Assembly: GCA_964202905.1 (NCBI GenBank)
Contig: CAXNJO010000009.1
Location: 96,001 to 160,000 of the forward strand
Length of the DNA: 64,000 nucleotides
Origin: Polyangiales bacterium
GTDB lineage: Bacteria > Myxococcota_A > Polyangia > Polyangiales > JADJQN01
Direction: 5' to 3'
Positions 1 to 9,537 of the stretch are shown in pieces. A model generated the notes under the pieces. It ran no database searches. It saw only the letters and a program-made list of their open reading frames with translations, and was not told the origin of the DNA. The position numbers and the translations under genes are program-made. The stretch's first letter is position 1. Every line of letters starts with the position of its first letter.

Positions 1-11
1 CCGACGCCACG

Positions 12-1076
12 ATGCTCTCGGCCCAACTCGAGGCCGCGCTGCTGCGCCAGCTCCGCGCCGTGTACGACTGGGAGAACCAGGCGCGCTTCCGCGACCGGCT
101 CGTGCCGCCGCTCGTCCTGCTCGTCGACAGCCACGCCCGCCTCGGACGCTGGGTGCACGCGACGCGCACGCTCGAGCTCGCGCGCGCGCTGGTGATCGGC
201 GAACCCTGGCCGGAGGTCGTCGCCGTGCTCGTGCACGAGATGGCGCATCAGTTCGTGCACGAGGTGCTCGGCGTCGTCGACGAATCGGCGCACGGCGCGA
301 CGTTCCGGAAGGTGTGCGCCGAGCGGGGGATCGACGCGCGCGCCGCCGGCGCCCCCGTGGCCGATCCCGCCCGCGCCGCGGAGATCGACCGCGTGCTCGA
401 CCGCATCCGCAAGCTGCTCGCGCTCGCGGGAAGCCCCAACGAGCACGAGGCCGAGACCGCGATGCACAAGGCCCACGAGCTGATGCTCCGCTACAACATC
501 GACCTCGCCGCGGCGACGACCACCCGCGAGTTCGAGGTGCGCTTCGTCGGCGATCCCGAGCGCCGCCGCACGCTCGTCGAGGAGGACATCGTCGCCCTGC
601 TCACCGAGCTCTTCTTCGTGAAGGCGATCCGCATCCCCGTCTACCTCCCGCGACGCGGCAAGGCGGGCCACGTCTACGAGCTCTCCGGCACGCACGCGAA
701 CGTCGAGATGGCGACGCACGTCTTCGCGTTCCTGCTCGGCACGGCGGAGCGGCTCTGGCAGCAGAATCGCCGGGACATGCGCGTCCGCAGCGGTCGTGAC
801 CGCCTCTCGTACCAGTCGGGCGTGGTGCGCGGCTTTCGCGACAAGCTCCGCACGGAGCGCGTGGTGCTGCGCGGGACGGGCCTCGTGTGGGTGCCCGACG
901 CGCAACTCGACGACTACTACCACACGCGCCATCCGCGGATCAGCCGGCGCACGCGCCAGGTGCGGCTCGGCGGCGCGCACGAGGCCGGGCGCGAGGCGGG
1001 GCAGAAGGTCGTTCTGCACAAGCCCGTCGGCGCCGGGCCTTCGGGGGCCGCACCGAAGCGGCTCGGCGGGGGCTGA
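12..1076 (+). CDS. SprT-like zinc metalloprotease domain fused to DUF2786-like domain
   Basis: HEMAH (HExxH) motif then HGATF; RIRKLLALAGSPNEHEA...A.ELM is typical of DUF2786; true start may lie upstream of the window. Confidence 0.75.
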   Translation: MLSAQLEAALLRQLRAVYDWENQARFRDRLVPPLVLLVDSHARLGRWVHATRTLELARALVIGEPWPEVVAVLVHEMAHQFVHEVLGVVDESAHGATFRKVCAERGIDARAAGAPVADPARAAEIDRVLDRIRKLLALAGSPNEHEAETAMHKAHELMLRYNIDLAAATTTREFEVRFVGDPERRRTLVEEDIVALLTELFFVKAIRIPVYLPRRGKAGHVYELSGTHANVEMATHVFAFLLGTAERLWQQNRRDMRVRSGRDRLSYQSGVVRGFRDKLRTERVVLRGTGLVWVPDAQLDDYYHTRHPRISRRTRQVRLGGAHEAGREAGQKVVLHKPVGAGPSGAAPKRLGGG

Positions 1077-1176
1077 GCGCGCCGCGCGCGGTCCGCGACG
1101 ACCCGCGCCCTCCGACAGGCGCTCACGGCGGTCGCGGCGACCGACGCTGCGCGCGCCGTCAGCCCGACCGACCGCC

Positions 1177-2676
1177 CTAGCCGGAGCCCGGCGGCGCGTC
1201 CTCCCAGGTGAGCGCGAACGCGCACACGGTGTCCCCGAGCGCCTGACACGCCGAGGTGTGCACGACGACGCGCTCCGCGCCGCTCTCCCGCAGCGTGCCG
1301 CGGAGCACGCCCGCGACGAGCGCGCAGAGTTCGAGGCTCGGCTGAACCTGATCCCGGACGAGGATGCGCGCGCGCCGCGCCGAACGGTCCACGCTCGCGA
1401 CGCGCCCCTGCCGCGTGATCGACGGCCACACCTCGCCGAGGAACGACGCAGCCGCCGGAGGCGTGAGCGGCTCGGGCAGCGCCTCGACGAGCCGACGCAA
1501 CCCGCGCTGGGCGACGACGTCCCCGAGGTACGCCACGAAGCCGAGATCCCCGCGCCCCGCGAGGGCGTCCGCGGCCGCGAGGATCTGGCTCGCGAGCGCC
1601 ACCGGGACACCGCCCGCGAGGTGCCGCTCGACGTCGGACGAACCGGGCAGGAGCGCCTCGACCTCCGGCACGCGCGCGACGAGCGCCGGCCAGCCCGACG
1701 GCCCGAGCACGCGCCAGATCCCCTCGATCGCGAGCAGCATCGGGTACAACTCCACGCGCGCCTCGCCGCGCGGCACGCTCTCGACGGCGTGCCACGTCGT
1801 GCGGCGCAGCTGGAGATACTGGAGGTCCGCGACGAGCGGATCGACGGGTGTCGGCTGGTCCTCGCGCACGGCGCGCGGCGTCGTCGGCAGCAGGGCCGCG
1901 ACGGCGCGCTGCATCCACTCCGCGTCCGGGAAGCGCCGCTCCGGGTCCCCCGCGGTCGCGACCGCGACGACGTTCTGCGCGGCCTCACCGAGCGCGGCGT
2001 CCGCGCCCTCGCGACCGACGAGCAAGAGCCGCAGGAGCGCACCCGCCGCGTACACGTCGACGCGCGGATCCGGATCGCGCGTGGGTTCGCGCAGTTCGGG
2101 CGCCGCGCACGGAGATCCGAGCGCCTCGAGCGAGAGGACCGGCGCGCTCGACTCGGCGAGGAGCGCCGTCTCGCCGAACCCGCCGATCTTCACGATCTCC
2201 CCGCCCCCGCGCACCGGCAGCACCCACACGGTCTCCGGGGCGAGGTTGCGGTGCACGACCCCGCCGCGGTGCATGGCGCGGAGCCCCTCGAGCAGGTCGA
2301 GCACGAGCGAGGCCGCACGCTCTTCGGGCAGCCCGGCCGGATGCGCGTCGAGGAGCGCGGCGATCGTCTGCCCCTGCAGCGCCTCGTAGACGACGTAGGG
2401 ACGACCGGCGGCGTCGAGCCCGGAGTCGACGACGCTCTGCACGTTGCGGTGCGCGACCCCGCCCGCCGCGCGCGACTCGCGCAGCAGCGCCGCGCCGGCG
2501 GCTCCGGCCTGCGCGAGATGGGGGGAGAGCATCTTCACGTCGACGAGTCGCTGGATCCCGCGGTGCTCGGCCCGGTAGACGACGTGGTTCTCGCTCTCGG
2601 CAGCGAGCTCGACGACCGCGTACTTGCCGTCGATCCAGTCGCCGCGCTGCAGACCTCCGCGGCCCCCGCCGCTCAC
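1177..2676 (-). CDS. Ser/Thr kinase-fold (likely pseudokinase) with C-terminal V4R/H-NOX-like domain
   Basis: VDVK, HRNLAPET, KIGGFG, AAPE, DVYAAG kinase subdomains; C-terminal CQALGDTVCAF; GTG start at 2676 inferred. Confidence 0.75.
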   Translation of the reverse strand: MSGGGRGGLQRGDWIDGKYAVVELAAESENHVVYRAEHRGIQRLVDVKMLSPHLAQAGAAGAALLRESRAAGGVAHRNVQSVVDSGLDAAGRPYVVYEALQGQTIAALLDAHPAGLPEERAASLVLDLLEGLRAMHRGGVVHRNLAPETVWVLPVRGGGEIVKIGGFGETALLAESSAPVLSLEALGSPCAAPELREPTRDPDPRVDVYAAGALLRLLLVGREGADAALGEAAQNVVAVATAGDPERRFPDAEWMQRAVAALLPTTPRAVREDQPTPVDPLVADLQYLQLRRTTWHAVESVPRGEARVELYPMLLAIEGIWRVLGPSGWPALVARVPEVEALLPGSSDVERHLAGGVPVALASQILAAADALAGRGDLGFVAYLGDVVAQRGLRRLVEALPEPLTPPAAASFLGEVWPSITRQGRVASVDRSARRARILVRDQVQPSLELCALVAGVLRGTLRESGAERVVVHTSACQALGDTVCAFALTWEDAPPGSG

Positions 2677-2737
2677 GCGCGCCCCCGGCCCACCCGATCC
2701 GGTGCGCGGCGCGCGGGGCCCATGGACGACAGGCCCC

Positions 2738-4069
2738 TCAAGGCGACTCGGGCAGGCTGGCCGAACTCTGCGGATCGCGCGTCGCGCGCACCACGAAATC
2801 AACCGCGTTCACGTCGGTGTCGGTGCCATTGCCGCGGAGCGCATCCGCACCGCCCACGGCCATCGAGGCCGGCGTGGACTCGGGCCTGGCTTTGCGCTCG
2901 AAGCTGCGCATCGAGTCCGTCGAGAAGCCGGTGGCCGGCATGCCCTCGGGGAACATCGCCGCGCCCCAGCCGACAGTGTCGAGCACCGCGGCGCCTTGCG
3001 TGATCTGCACGTGGCCGCCGGACGACGCGAACCCCTGGCTCATCGTCCACGCCATCGGCTGATCAGGCGTCACCGCCCCCGCATAACCCGCGCCGCCGAG
3101 GAGGTAGAAGCCGAACGCAGGCATCACGACCCCGGCAGGAACGGTGGCGCGCGGCGAATAGGCCGTCGCGCCGCTCGAGGAGCGGTACGACAACACCAAG
3201 CCGCCGATCGCGACCGGTTCGGCCGTGCGGTTGTAGAGCTCGACGAACTCGTCCGTCCCGCTCGCCGAGCCACCGAACGCGAGCTCCGAGATGACGACGA
3301 CCCCGACGAGCGACGGCGGCGCCCCCATGTCCACGGTGCCGAGGTCCGCGGGGCCCAGGTCCGGCGCGCCCCCGTCGACATTCCCTGCGTCGACATCCCC
3401 CGCGTCAAGTCCTGCATCGACGTCGCCCGCGTCGAAGCCCGCGTCGAAGCCCGCGTCGAAGCCGAGATCGGGGCGCCCGAGATCCGCCGGCCCGAGATCC
3501 GTGGGGCCGAGATCGGGCGGACCGAGATCGGGCAGACCCGCGTCGGGCGCGTCGCCTCCGTCCGCGCCGAGGTCGTCGGTGGCGGCATCGACGGACTCGC
3601 CGCCATCGACGCCGAGGTCCGGCACGCCGAGGTCGAGCCCGCCGTCGATCGCGGCGTCGACCCCGCCATCGCCCATCCCGCACGAGGCTCCGACGCACCG
3701 CGTCAAGACCGCCGTGACCGTCACCGTCTGGTCGGTGCGAAACGCGGTGTCGATGCGCGCCGTCGCGACCTCGGCCCCGCCCTTGAGCCCCGTCACGCGG
3801 ACGCTGACAGCGCCCTCGTCGCCCTCCTCACGGGGGCGGATCGCGAGCGAATGAGGCCAGTCCGTGGAGACCGCGAACGTGCCCGACGCCATCAGCCCGA
3901 GGCCGCTCTCGGCCTCGAAGCGAAGGGTGTCGATGTCCGCCGGGATGGCGAGGTCGGGCGAATCGACCTCCACCAGCAGCGCGGTCTTGCCTTCGGCACA
4001 CGCAGCGAGCGCAGCGGCGACGAGCGCGAAGAGCGCAACGGCGCGGAGGTTGACGGGCGACGAGCGCAC
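2738..4069 (-). CDS. Lipoprotein with DAG/DLG repeat linker and lamin-tail domain
   Basis: Lipobox ALAAC; VVISELAFGG...DEFVELYN lamin-tail signature; GTG start at 4069 inferred. Confidence 0.75.
   Translation of the reverse strand: MRSSPVNLRAVALFALVAAALAACAEGKTALLVEVDSPDLAIPADIDTLRFEAESGLGLMASGTFAVSTDWPHSLAIRPREEGDEGAVSVRVTGLKGGAEVATARIDTAFRTDQTVTVTAVLTRCVGASCGMGDGGVDAAIDGGLDLGVPDLGVDGGESVDAATDDLGADGGDAPDAGLPDLGPPDLGPTDLGPADLGRPDLGFDAGFDAGFDAGDVDAGLDAGDVDAGNVDGGAPDLGPADLGTVDMGAPPSLVGVVVISELAFGGSASGTDEFVELYNRTAEPVAIGGLVLSYRSSSGATAYSPRATVPAGVVMPAFGFYLLGGAGYAGAVTPDQPMAWTMSQGFASSGGHVQITQGAAVLDTVGWGAAMFPEGMPATGFSTDSMRSFERKARPESTPASMAVGGADALRGNGTDTDVNAVDFVVRATRDPQSSASLPESP
3320..3670 (-). repeat. 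Coding low-complexity tandem repeats (DLGPx 15-bp and DAGF 12-bp units)
   Basis: Repeated ccgagatc and gtcgaagcccgc units on the + strand. Confidence 0.85.
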
Positions 4070-4142
4070 GGACGCGATGATGCGGGAATCGCCGCGCGCT
4101 TGCACGACGTTTCCACTCGGGTTGCAGCCCGCGACCACGACG

Positions 4143-4970
4143 TCACCGCGCCGTTGCGGGCCGGTCGGGAAGCGCGAGCCCGGGCACGGGCGCGAGGTGA
4201 TTCACGGGCCCGAAGCCGCTCCCGATCCCCGGCGCCGTCACGAGCGCGTCGTGCAGCCAGCGCTTCGCCCCCGCGCACGCGTCGCGGAGCGACTCGCCCC
4301 GCGCGAGCCGCGCGGTGATGGCGGCCGACAACGTGCACCCGGTGCCGTGCGTGTGCCGCGTCTCGACGCGCTCGCCGTGCAGCGCGTGCACCGCGCCGCC
4401 GACGTAGAGAAAATCCGTGGGCGCGCCCTCGAGATGCCCGCCCTTCACGAGCACCGCGCGCGGGCCGAGCGCCGCGATCGCCGCCGCCGCGCGCCGCGCG
4501 TCCTCGGGCGTACGGACGGGCAGCCCGCCGAGCGCCTCGGCCTCGTGGACGTTGGGCGTCACGAGCGCGCAATGCGGGAGCAGCGCGCGCACGAGCGCGA
4601 GCCGCGCCGCGTCGTCGATGAGCGGCGCGCCGTGCTTGCTGATCATCACCGGGTCGACGACCAGCGGCACCCCGCGCGCGGCGAGCGCCACGGCACGCGC
4701 GGCGACCGCCTCGACCACCGCGCGGCTGCCGAGCGCGCCCGTCTTCCACGCGCGCGGCGGCACGTCCTCGAGCACCGCGTCGAGCTGCTCGCCGACGAGC
4801 GCGGCCTCGAGCGGAACGACCCGCGTCACGCCGCGCGTGTTCTGCGCGGTGATGAGCGTGACGACGGCGCAGCCGTAGACGCCGTGCTGGTGGAAGGTCT
4901 TGAGATCCGCCTGCAGGCCGGCGCCGCCCGAGGGGTCGGAGCCGGCGACGGTGAGCGCCACGTCGATCAT
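4143..4970 (-). CDS. thiD: Hydroxymethylpyrimidine/phosphomethylpyrimidine kinase
   Basis: LTVAGSDPSGGAGLQADLKTF, VVDPVM, TPNVHEA, THGTGCTLSAAI motifs. Confidence 0.95.
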   Translation of the reverse strand: MIDVALTVAGSDPSGGAGLQADLKTFHQHGVYGCAVVTLITAQNTRGVTRVVPLEAALVGEQLDAVLEDVPPRAWKTGALGSRAVVEAVAARAVALAARGVPLVVDPVMISKHGAPLIDDAARLALVRALLPHCALVTPNVHEAEALGGLPVRTPEDARRAAAAIAALGPRAVLVKGGHLEGAPTDFLYVGGAVHALHGERVETRHTHGTGCTLSAAITARLARGESLRDACAGAKRWLHDALVTAPGIGSGFGPVNHLAPVPGLALPDRPATAR

Positions 4971-5078
4971 GCGCGCCGATCCTGCGCCTCCGCCCGCGCC
5001 GCGCCAGCCCGTTCGCGCAAAGCCCGCGCCGTCGCGCGCGCTTGCGCTCCCCCCGCGCCCCGTGTAGCCAGAGCCTCC

Positions 5079-6588
5079 GTGCCCTCCGATCGCCGCGCTC
5101 CCCCCGCGCCGAGCAGCCCCGCGCGGGGCCGCGGAGTCGGGGCTGCGCGCGCGCTCCTCGTCGCGCTCTCCCTGCTCGGGACGGGCGCCTGCGGCAGCCC
5201 ACCGGCGGCCCCCGCGCCCCGCGACGCCGGCGCGACGCGGCGTGACGCAGGCCGCCCCACCGCGCCCGACGCGGGCGTGCCCTCCGTCGTGCACGAGGTC
5301 GCCGAGGGCGAGACGCTCTGGGACATCGCGCGCGCCTACGGGGTCGAGGTCGACGCGATCGTCGCGGCCAACGGCCGCAGCGCCCGCGACGTGCGCCGCC
5401 TGTCGAAGGGACGCCGCCTGCGCATCCCGGGCGTCACCGCGGTGGTCGCCGTCCCCACGGCCGCCGAGCGCGCCGCCGCACGCGAAGCCGAGCGCGCCGC
5501 CCTGCCCCCGCTCCGCGACGGCGCCTACGTCACGCTCGGCGAGCGCGAGACCATCCACGATCTCGCGCGCCGCTACGACGTCGACGCGCAGGCGATCCTC
5601 GACCGCAACCAGCTCGACGACGACGCCGTCCGCGCCCTCCGCGCGGGGCGCACGCTCATCGTCCCGGGTCTCCGGCAGGCGAGCGTCGACACGCGCCCGC
5701 CCCCGCCGCGCGAGGGCGTCACGCACACGGTCGCACGCGGCGAGACGATCTGGGACATCGCGTCCGCCTTCCGCTCGAGCGTCGCGAGCATCATGAGCGC
5801 GAACACACTCTCGCTCGCCGAAGTGACCGCGCTCCGCGAGGGCGCGCGACTCTTCGTTCCCGGCGTCGAGGCCGATCCGCGCGGGCGCGTCCGGCGCCGG
5901 ACCTCGCCCGCCGAGCAGCGCGCGCTCGCCGTCGCGCGGCGCTTCGGGCTCGGCACCCGCGACGTCGCGGGGCAGCTGCTCCACGGCCGGGTGCGCGCGG
6001 ATTGGGCCCGCGCCGCGCTCACCGGGCGCCACGGCCCCGCGACGCCTGGCACCCTGCGCTGGCCCGTGTCGAACGGCTGGTTCGTCCGCGGCTACGGATC
6101 GGGCGAGGGCGGCTACCACCAGGCCATCGACATCGCGGGCGAGATCGGCTGGAACGTGCGCGCCGCCGCCGCGGGCATCGTCGCGTACAGCGGCGACGAG
6201 GTCCCCGGCTACGGCAACATGGTGATGGTCGTCCACCCGGGCGGCTGGGCCACGATGTACGCGCACAACAGCGCGAACTACGTCGTCGCCGGCGAGCGCG
6301 TCCCGGCGGGCGGGGTGCTCGCGGAGCTCGGCTCGACGGGCATCAGCCGCGGTCCCGCACGTGCACTTCGAGCTCATGCACGGCGGCAGGAACTGCGACC
6401 CGGCGCTGCTGCTCCGCCCCGGCATCCGCCACCGCAACGGCCGCCTCTCGCCGCTCCCCTACACCGCGTGGCCCCGCGCGGGCGCGCCGCCCGCAGGCGT
6501 CGCGTGTCACGCGCGCCGTCGCCACCCGCACTCGCGCTACGTGCTGCACGAGGACCCGGTCGCGGACGCCGAGCGCGACGCGCGCTAG
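5079..6588 (+). CDS. LysM (x3) / M23 peptidase lipoprotein, frameshifted near 6355
   Basis: Three LysM repeats (GETLWDIARAYG etc.); HQAIDI, YAHN, GSTGISRGP, then the HFE motif in the shifted frame (6361..6588); extra C in ggtcccgcac; start uncertain. Confidence 0.85.
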
Positions 6589-6615
6589 CGAGCGTCGGTC
6601 GCACGGCGCCGACGC

Positions 6616-8355
6616 TCAGCGCCCCTCGATCCGCGCGATCTCCTGCACGAAAATCCTCCGCAGGATCGCGTGCGCGCAGGCGTAGGTGCTCTCGACGCCG
6701 AAGTAGCTGAGGCTCTTCGAGAGCAGGCTCTGCCGCCGTGAATAGGGCGTGTCCGACGCGTAGTGCAGCACGCCGACGTCGAAGGGCGTGCGGCTCGAGA
6801 GGTGCGCGATCGCGTCGTTCGGGTGCCGGTCGGGGCTGACGATCTCGTAGATCGCCGAGAGATACGGCCCGGCCTCCATCTCGAGAACGCTGTAGCCGTC
6901 CGCGTAGAACGCGCCGAGATACGCCCGGTTCTGCTGGAAGGTGCCCCGTACGGTGAGCGCCTTCTGGTGGTCGAGCACGGTGCCGCGGCGCAGGAACGGC
7001 TGCACGTCGCCTGCGCCGAAGCAGTTGCGGAACAGGTACGAGTTCTTCGAGTGCTCGTCGTAGACGTTCGACGCGATCATGACGTCGCCGACGCGCCCGT
7101 TGAGCGTCGCGCCCTTGCCCATCACGTAGACGCCGCGCAGCTCGCCGACCCCCTGCGCGATGCGCGAGAGGTGGTGGTACGCCGCCATGCCGAGGGGGTA
7201 ATCGATGTTGACGATGACCGCGTCGCTCGTGGCGAGACGCGCCATGCCGGGCACGCGCGCGCGCGGGTCGACCCGGTCCTCGCGCACCGACGCGAGCCGC
7301 ACGAGCTGCGCACCGACGTCCACGCGGCCGGGGCTCTCGATCGACGCGATGCCGCTCTCGGAGTCGAAACGCTGCACGGTCGCGAGGCGCTCGTGCGCGT
7401 GCCCGTCATCGTGGTGGAGGAAGGCGCGCAGCAGGTAGTACGCGATGTTCGCGGCCTCGTGCTCGTCACCCGCCGCGATGGCCTGCTCGAGCGGCTCGGC
7501 GAGGCCCTCTGGGTTCCGCCGCCGCGCGAACTCGAGGATCTCCGCCCGGTGCGCGAGCGCGTACCCACCCAGCACGTTCACCAGCGAGTGCGTGTTCGAC
7601 GAGACGAAGTAGATCGGCGCGCGCCGCGGCCGCGTGTCCCGGAGGTACGCCGGCTCGATGCCGCTCCACCAGCGCATCGCCGCGCGCTGGTACTCGATGA
7701 AGCCCGCGTTGAGCAGCCGCACGAGGAGATCCGAGGGACGCCGCGCCACCTCGCGCAGCGCCGCGGGCCAGCCGGTGCCGAGCGCGACGAGCAGCGTCCG
7801 CACCTGCTCGGGCGCGAGGTCGAGCGGCCCCGCGAGCGCCTCGGCCGACGGCGAGAGCGGCGCGTCGACCGGGGCCCCCGCGAGCGCGCGCCCGAGGTCG
7901 TCGTTCGCGAGCAGCCCGTGCATCTTGTTCCACTCGATCTGGTACGCGGTGAGGATCGGGACGAGGTCGTCGATGTCGCTCTTGCTGGTGACGAACGCCG
8001 CCAGCGTGCCCGCGCCGTCCCAGCGCAGCGGCCGCCGCCGGCCGCGCGTCGTCACGCGCGACCAACCGCGCTCGCGCACCTCGTAGCCCGCGCCCTCGAA
8101 CTGTTCGTGCGACTGCCCCATCACGACGATCCGCGCGAACGCGATCTCGGCAGGGAGTCGCGCCGCAGCGTAGGCGAAGGCCGCGACGTCGGGCCGCGGC
8201 TCGCGCGCGCCGGAGTGCAGGCTCGCGTCGCTGTACTCGTGGGCTTCCTCGAAGGCGCGCACCGGCACCTCACCGCTCGAGCGCAGCAGCGACGTGTACG
8301 TACGGATGTAGACGTCGATCTCGTCGCCGGGCGCGCGGGGCGGCTGTCTCTTCAC
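6616..8355 (-). CDS. Conserved hypothetical protein (DUF6909-like) with nucleosidase/phosphorylase-like C-terminal half
   Basis: NIDYPLG, MGKGATLNGRVGDVMI, LEMEAGPYL, LHYASDTP motifs; family recalled from memory. Confidence 0.6.
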   Translation of the reverse strand: MKRQPPRAPGDEIDVYIRTYTSLLRSSGEVPVRAFEEAHEYSDASLHSGAREPRPDVAAFAYAAARLPAEIAFARIVVMGQSHEQFEGAGYEVRERGWSRVTTRGRRRPLRWDGAGTLAAFVTSKSDIDDLVPILTAYQIEWNKMHGLLANDDLGRALAGAPVDAPLSPSAEALAGPLDLAPEQVRTLLVALGTGWPAALREVARRPSDLLVRLLNAGFIEYQRAAMRWWSGIEPAYLRDTRPRRAPIYFVSSNTHSLVNVLGGYALAHRAEILEFARRRNPEGLAEPLEQAIAAGDEHEAANIAYYLLRAFLHHDDGHAHERLATVQRFDSESGIASIESPGRVDVGAQLVRLASVREDRVDPRARVPGMARLATSDAVIVNIDYPLGMAAYHHLSRIAQGVGELRGVYVMGKGATLNGRVGDVMIASNVYDEHSKNSYLFRNCFGAGDVQPFLRRGTVLDHQKALTVRGTFQQNRAYLGAFYADGYSVLEMEAGPYLSAIYEIVSPDRHPNDAIAHLSSRTPFDVGVLHYASDTPYSRRQSLLSKSLSYFGVESTYACAHAILRRIFVQEIARIEGR

Positions 8356-8441
8356 GCGACGAAGCTACGTCGGCCGCGCGCAGGTGTCACGGTGCGCCGT
8401 GGGGCGGACGCGCGCGGCTATGCTGCCGGCGCGGAGGCTCC

Positions 8442-9041
8442 ATGAAGCGGCTCGTCGACAACTTTCTCAAAGGCTGCCTGGTGCTCGTGCCGACGGCCAC
8501 GACGTTCTACGTCGTGTGGCTCGTGCTGCAAAAACTCGACTCGCTCGTGCCGCTGCCGCTCCCCGGACTCGGGCTCCTCCTCGCGCTCGCCGCGATCACG
8601 GCGATCGGTTGGGTCGCCTCGAACGTCGTCGGCCGCCGCGTCGTCGGCTGGGTCGAGGCGCTGCTCCGCAACCTGCCGGTCGTGCGCCTCCTGTTCACGT
8701 CCATCAAGGATCTGATGGGCGCGTTCGTCGGCGAAAAGCGCACCTTCGACAAGCCCGTGCTGGTGCGTCTCGACGAGGGCGGCGCGCTGCGCCTGCTCGG
8801 CTTCGTGACGTGCGAGCACTTCGACGACCCGCGCCTCGCAGGCCACGTCGCGGTGTACCTGCCGCAGTCGTACAACTTCGCGGGCAACGTGGTCGTCGTG
8901 CCGCGCGCACGCGTCGAGGCCATCGACGCCGACGGCGCCGAGTTCATGACCTTCATCGTGTCGGGCGGCGTCTCGGGAATGAGCGCGGCGCGGACGTACC
9001 TCGACTCACCGCTGCTCCTGCAACTCCGCAAGGGCGCCTGA
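8442..9041 (+). CDS. DUF502 family membrane protein
   Basis: Two TM segments; LPVVRLLFTSIKDL, VAVYLPQSYNFAG, FIVSGG; SD GGAGG upstream. Confidence 0.85.
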   Translation: MKRLVDNFLKGCLVLVPTATTFYVVWLVLQKLDSLVPLPLPGLGLLLALAAITAIGWVASNVVGRRVVGWVEALLRNLPVVRLLFTSIKDLMGAFVGEKRTFDKPVLVRLDEGGALRLLGFVTCEHFDDPRLAGHVAVYLPQSYNFAGNVVVVPRARVEAIDADGAEFMTFIVSGGVSGMSAARTYLDSPLLLQLRKGA

Positions 9042-9084
9042 GCGGCGTGCGGTCCGCGCCCGCAGCGACTACACACGGCGCGCG

Positions 9085-9537
9085 ATGAAGACCCCGTACC
9101 GCTCCGTGCAGCGCGTCTATTTCGACGACCTCGACGCGCTCAACATCCTGCACAACATGCGCTTCCTGCTCTTCATCGAGCGCGCGCGCGGCGAGCTCTT
9201 CCAGGCGCTCGGCTTCCACTGGGAGGACGACGTCACGATCAACCCCGACAAGTTCCACGTCGTCGCCGAGCATCAGATCCACTATCTCCGCCCGGTGCGT
9301 GGCGAGGGCGAGCTGAGCGTCGAGCTCACGCCCACGCACCTCGGCCGCACGAGCCTGATCATCGCGGCGCAGGTGCGCGCGAAGCACGGCGACGAACTCT
9401 TCGCGGAGGCGTCCACGCGCCTCGTCCGGCTCGATCCGCAGGCGCAGACGCCCTGCCCGTGGAGCGAGCGCATGCGGCTGCGGATGGGCCCGCTCGTCGC
9501 GCCTGCCCCCGCCACGGCGACGCCGCGCTCGCGCTGA
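9085..9537 (+). CDS. Acyl-CoA thioesterase (4HBT/YbgC hotdog fold)
   Basis: VYFDDLDALNILHNMRFL..IERAR motif. Confidence 0.85.
   Translation: MKTPYRSVQRVYFDDLDALNILHNMRFLLFIERARGELFQALGFHWEDDVTINPDKFHVVAEHQIHYLRPVRGEGELSVELTPTHLGRTSLIIAAQVRAKHGDELFAEASTRLVRLDPQAQTPCPWSERMRLRMGPLVAPAPATATPRSR

Noticed and set aside
3864..5078. 948-aa and 764-aa ORFs suggesting large fusions of LysM or thiD
   Set aside because: The extensions are antisense read-through of the neighbouring divergent gene
6345..6365. Programmed frameshift or phase variation in the LysM/M23 gene
   Set aside because: Only a 3-C run, no slippery heptamer; same insertion pattern as the errors in lepA and others
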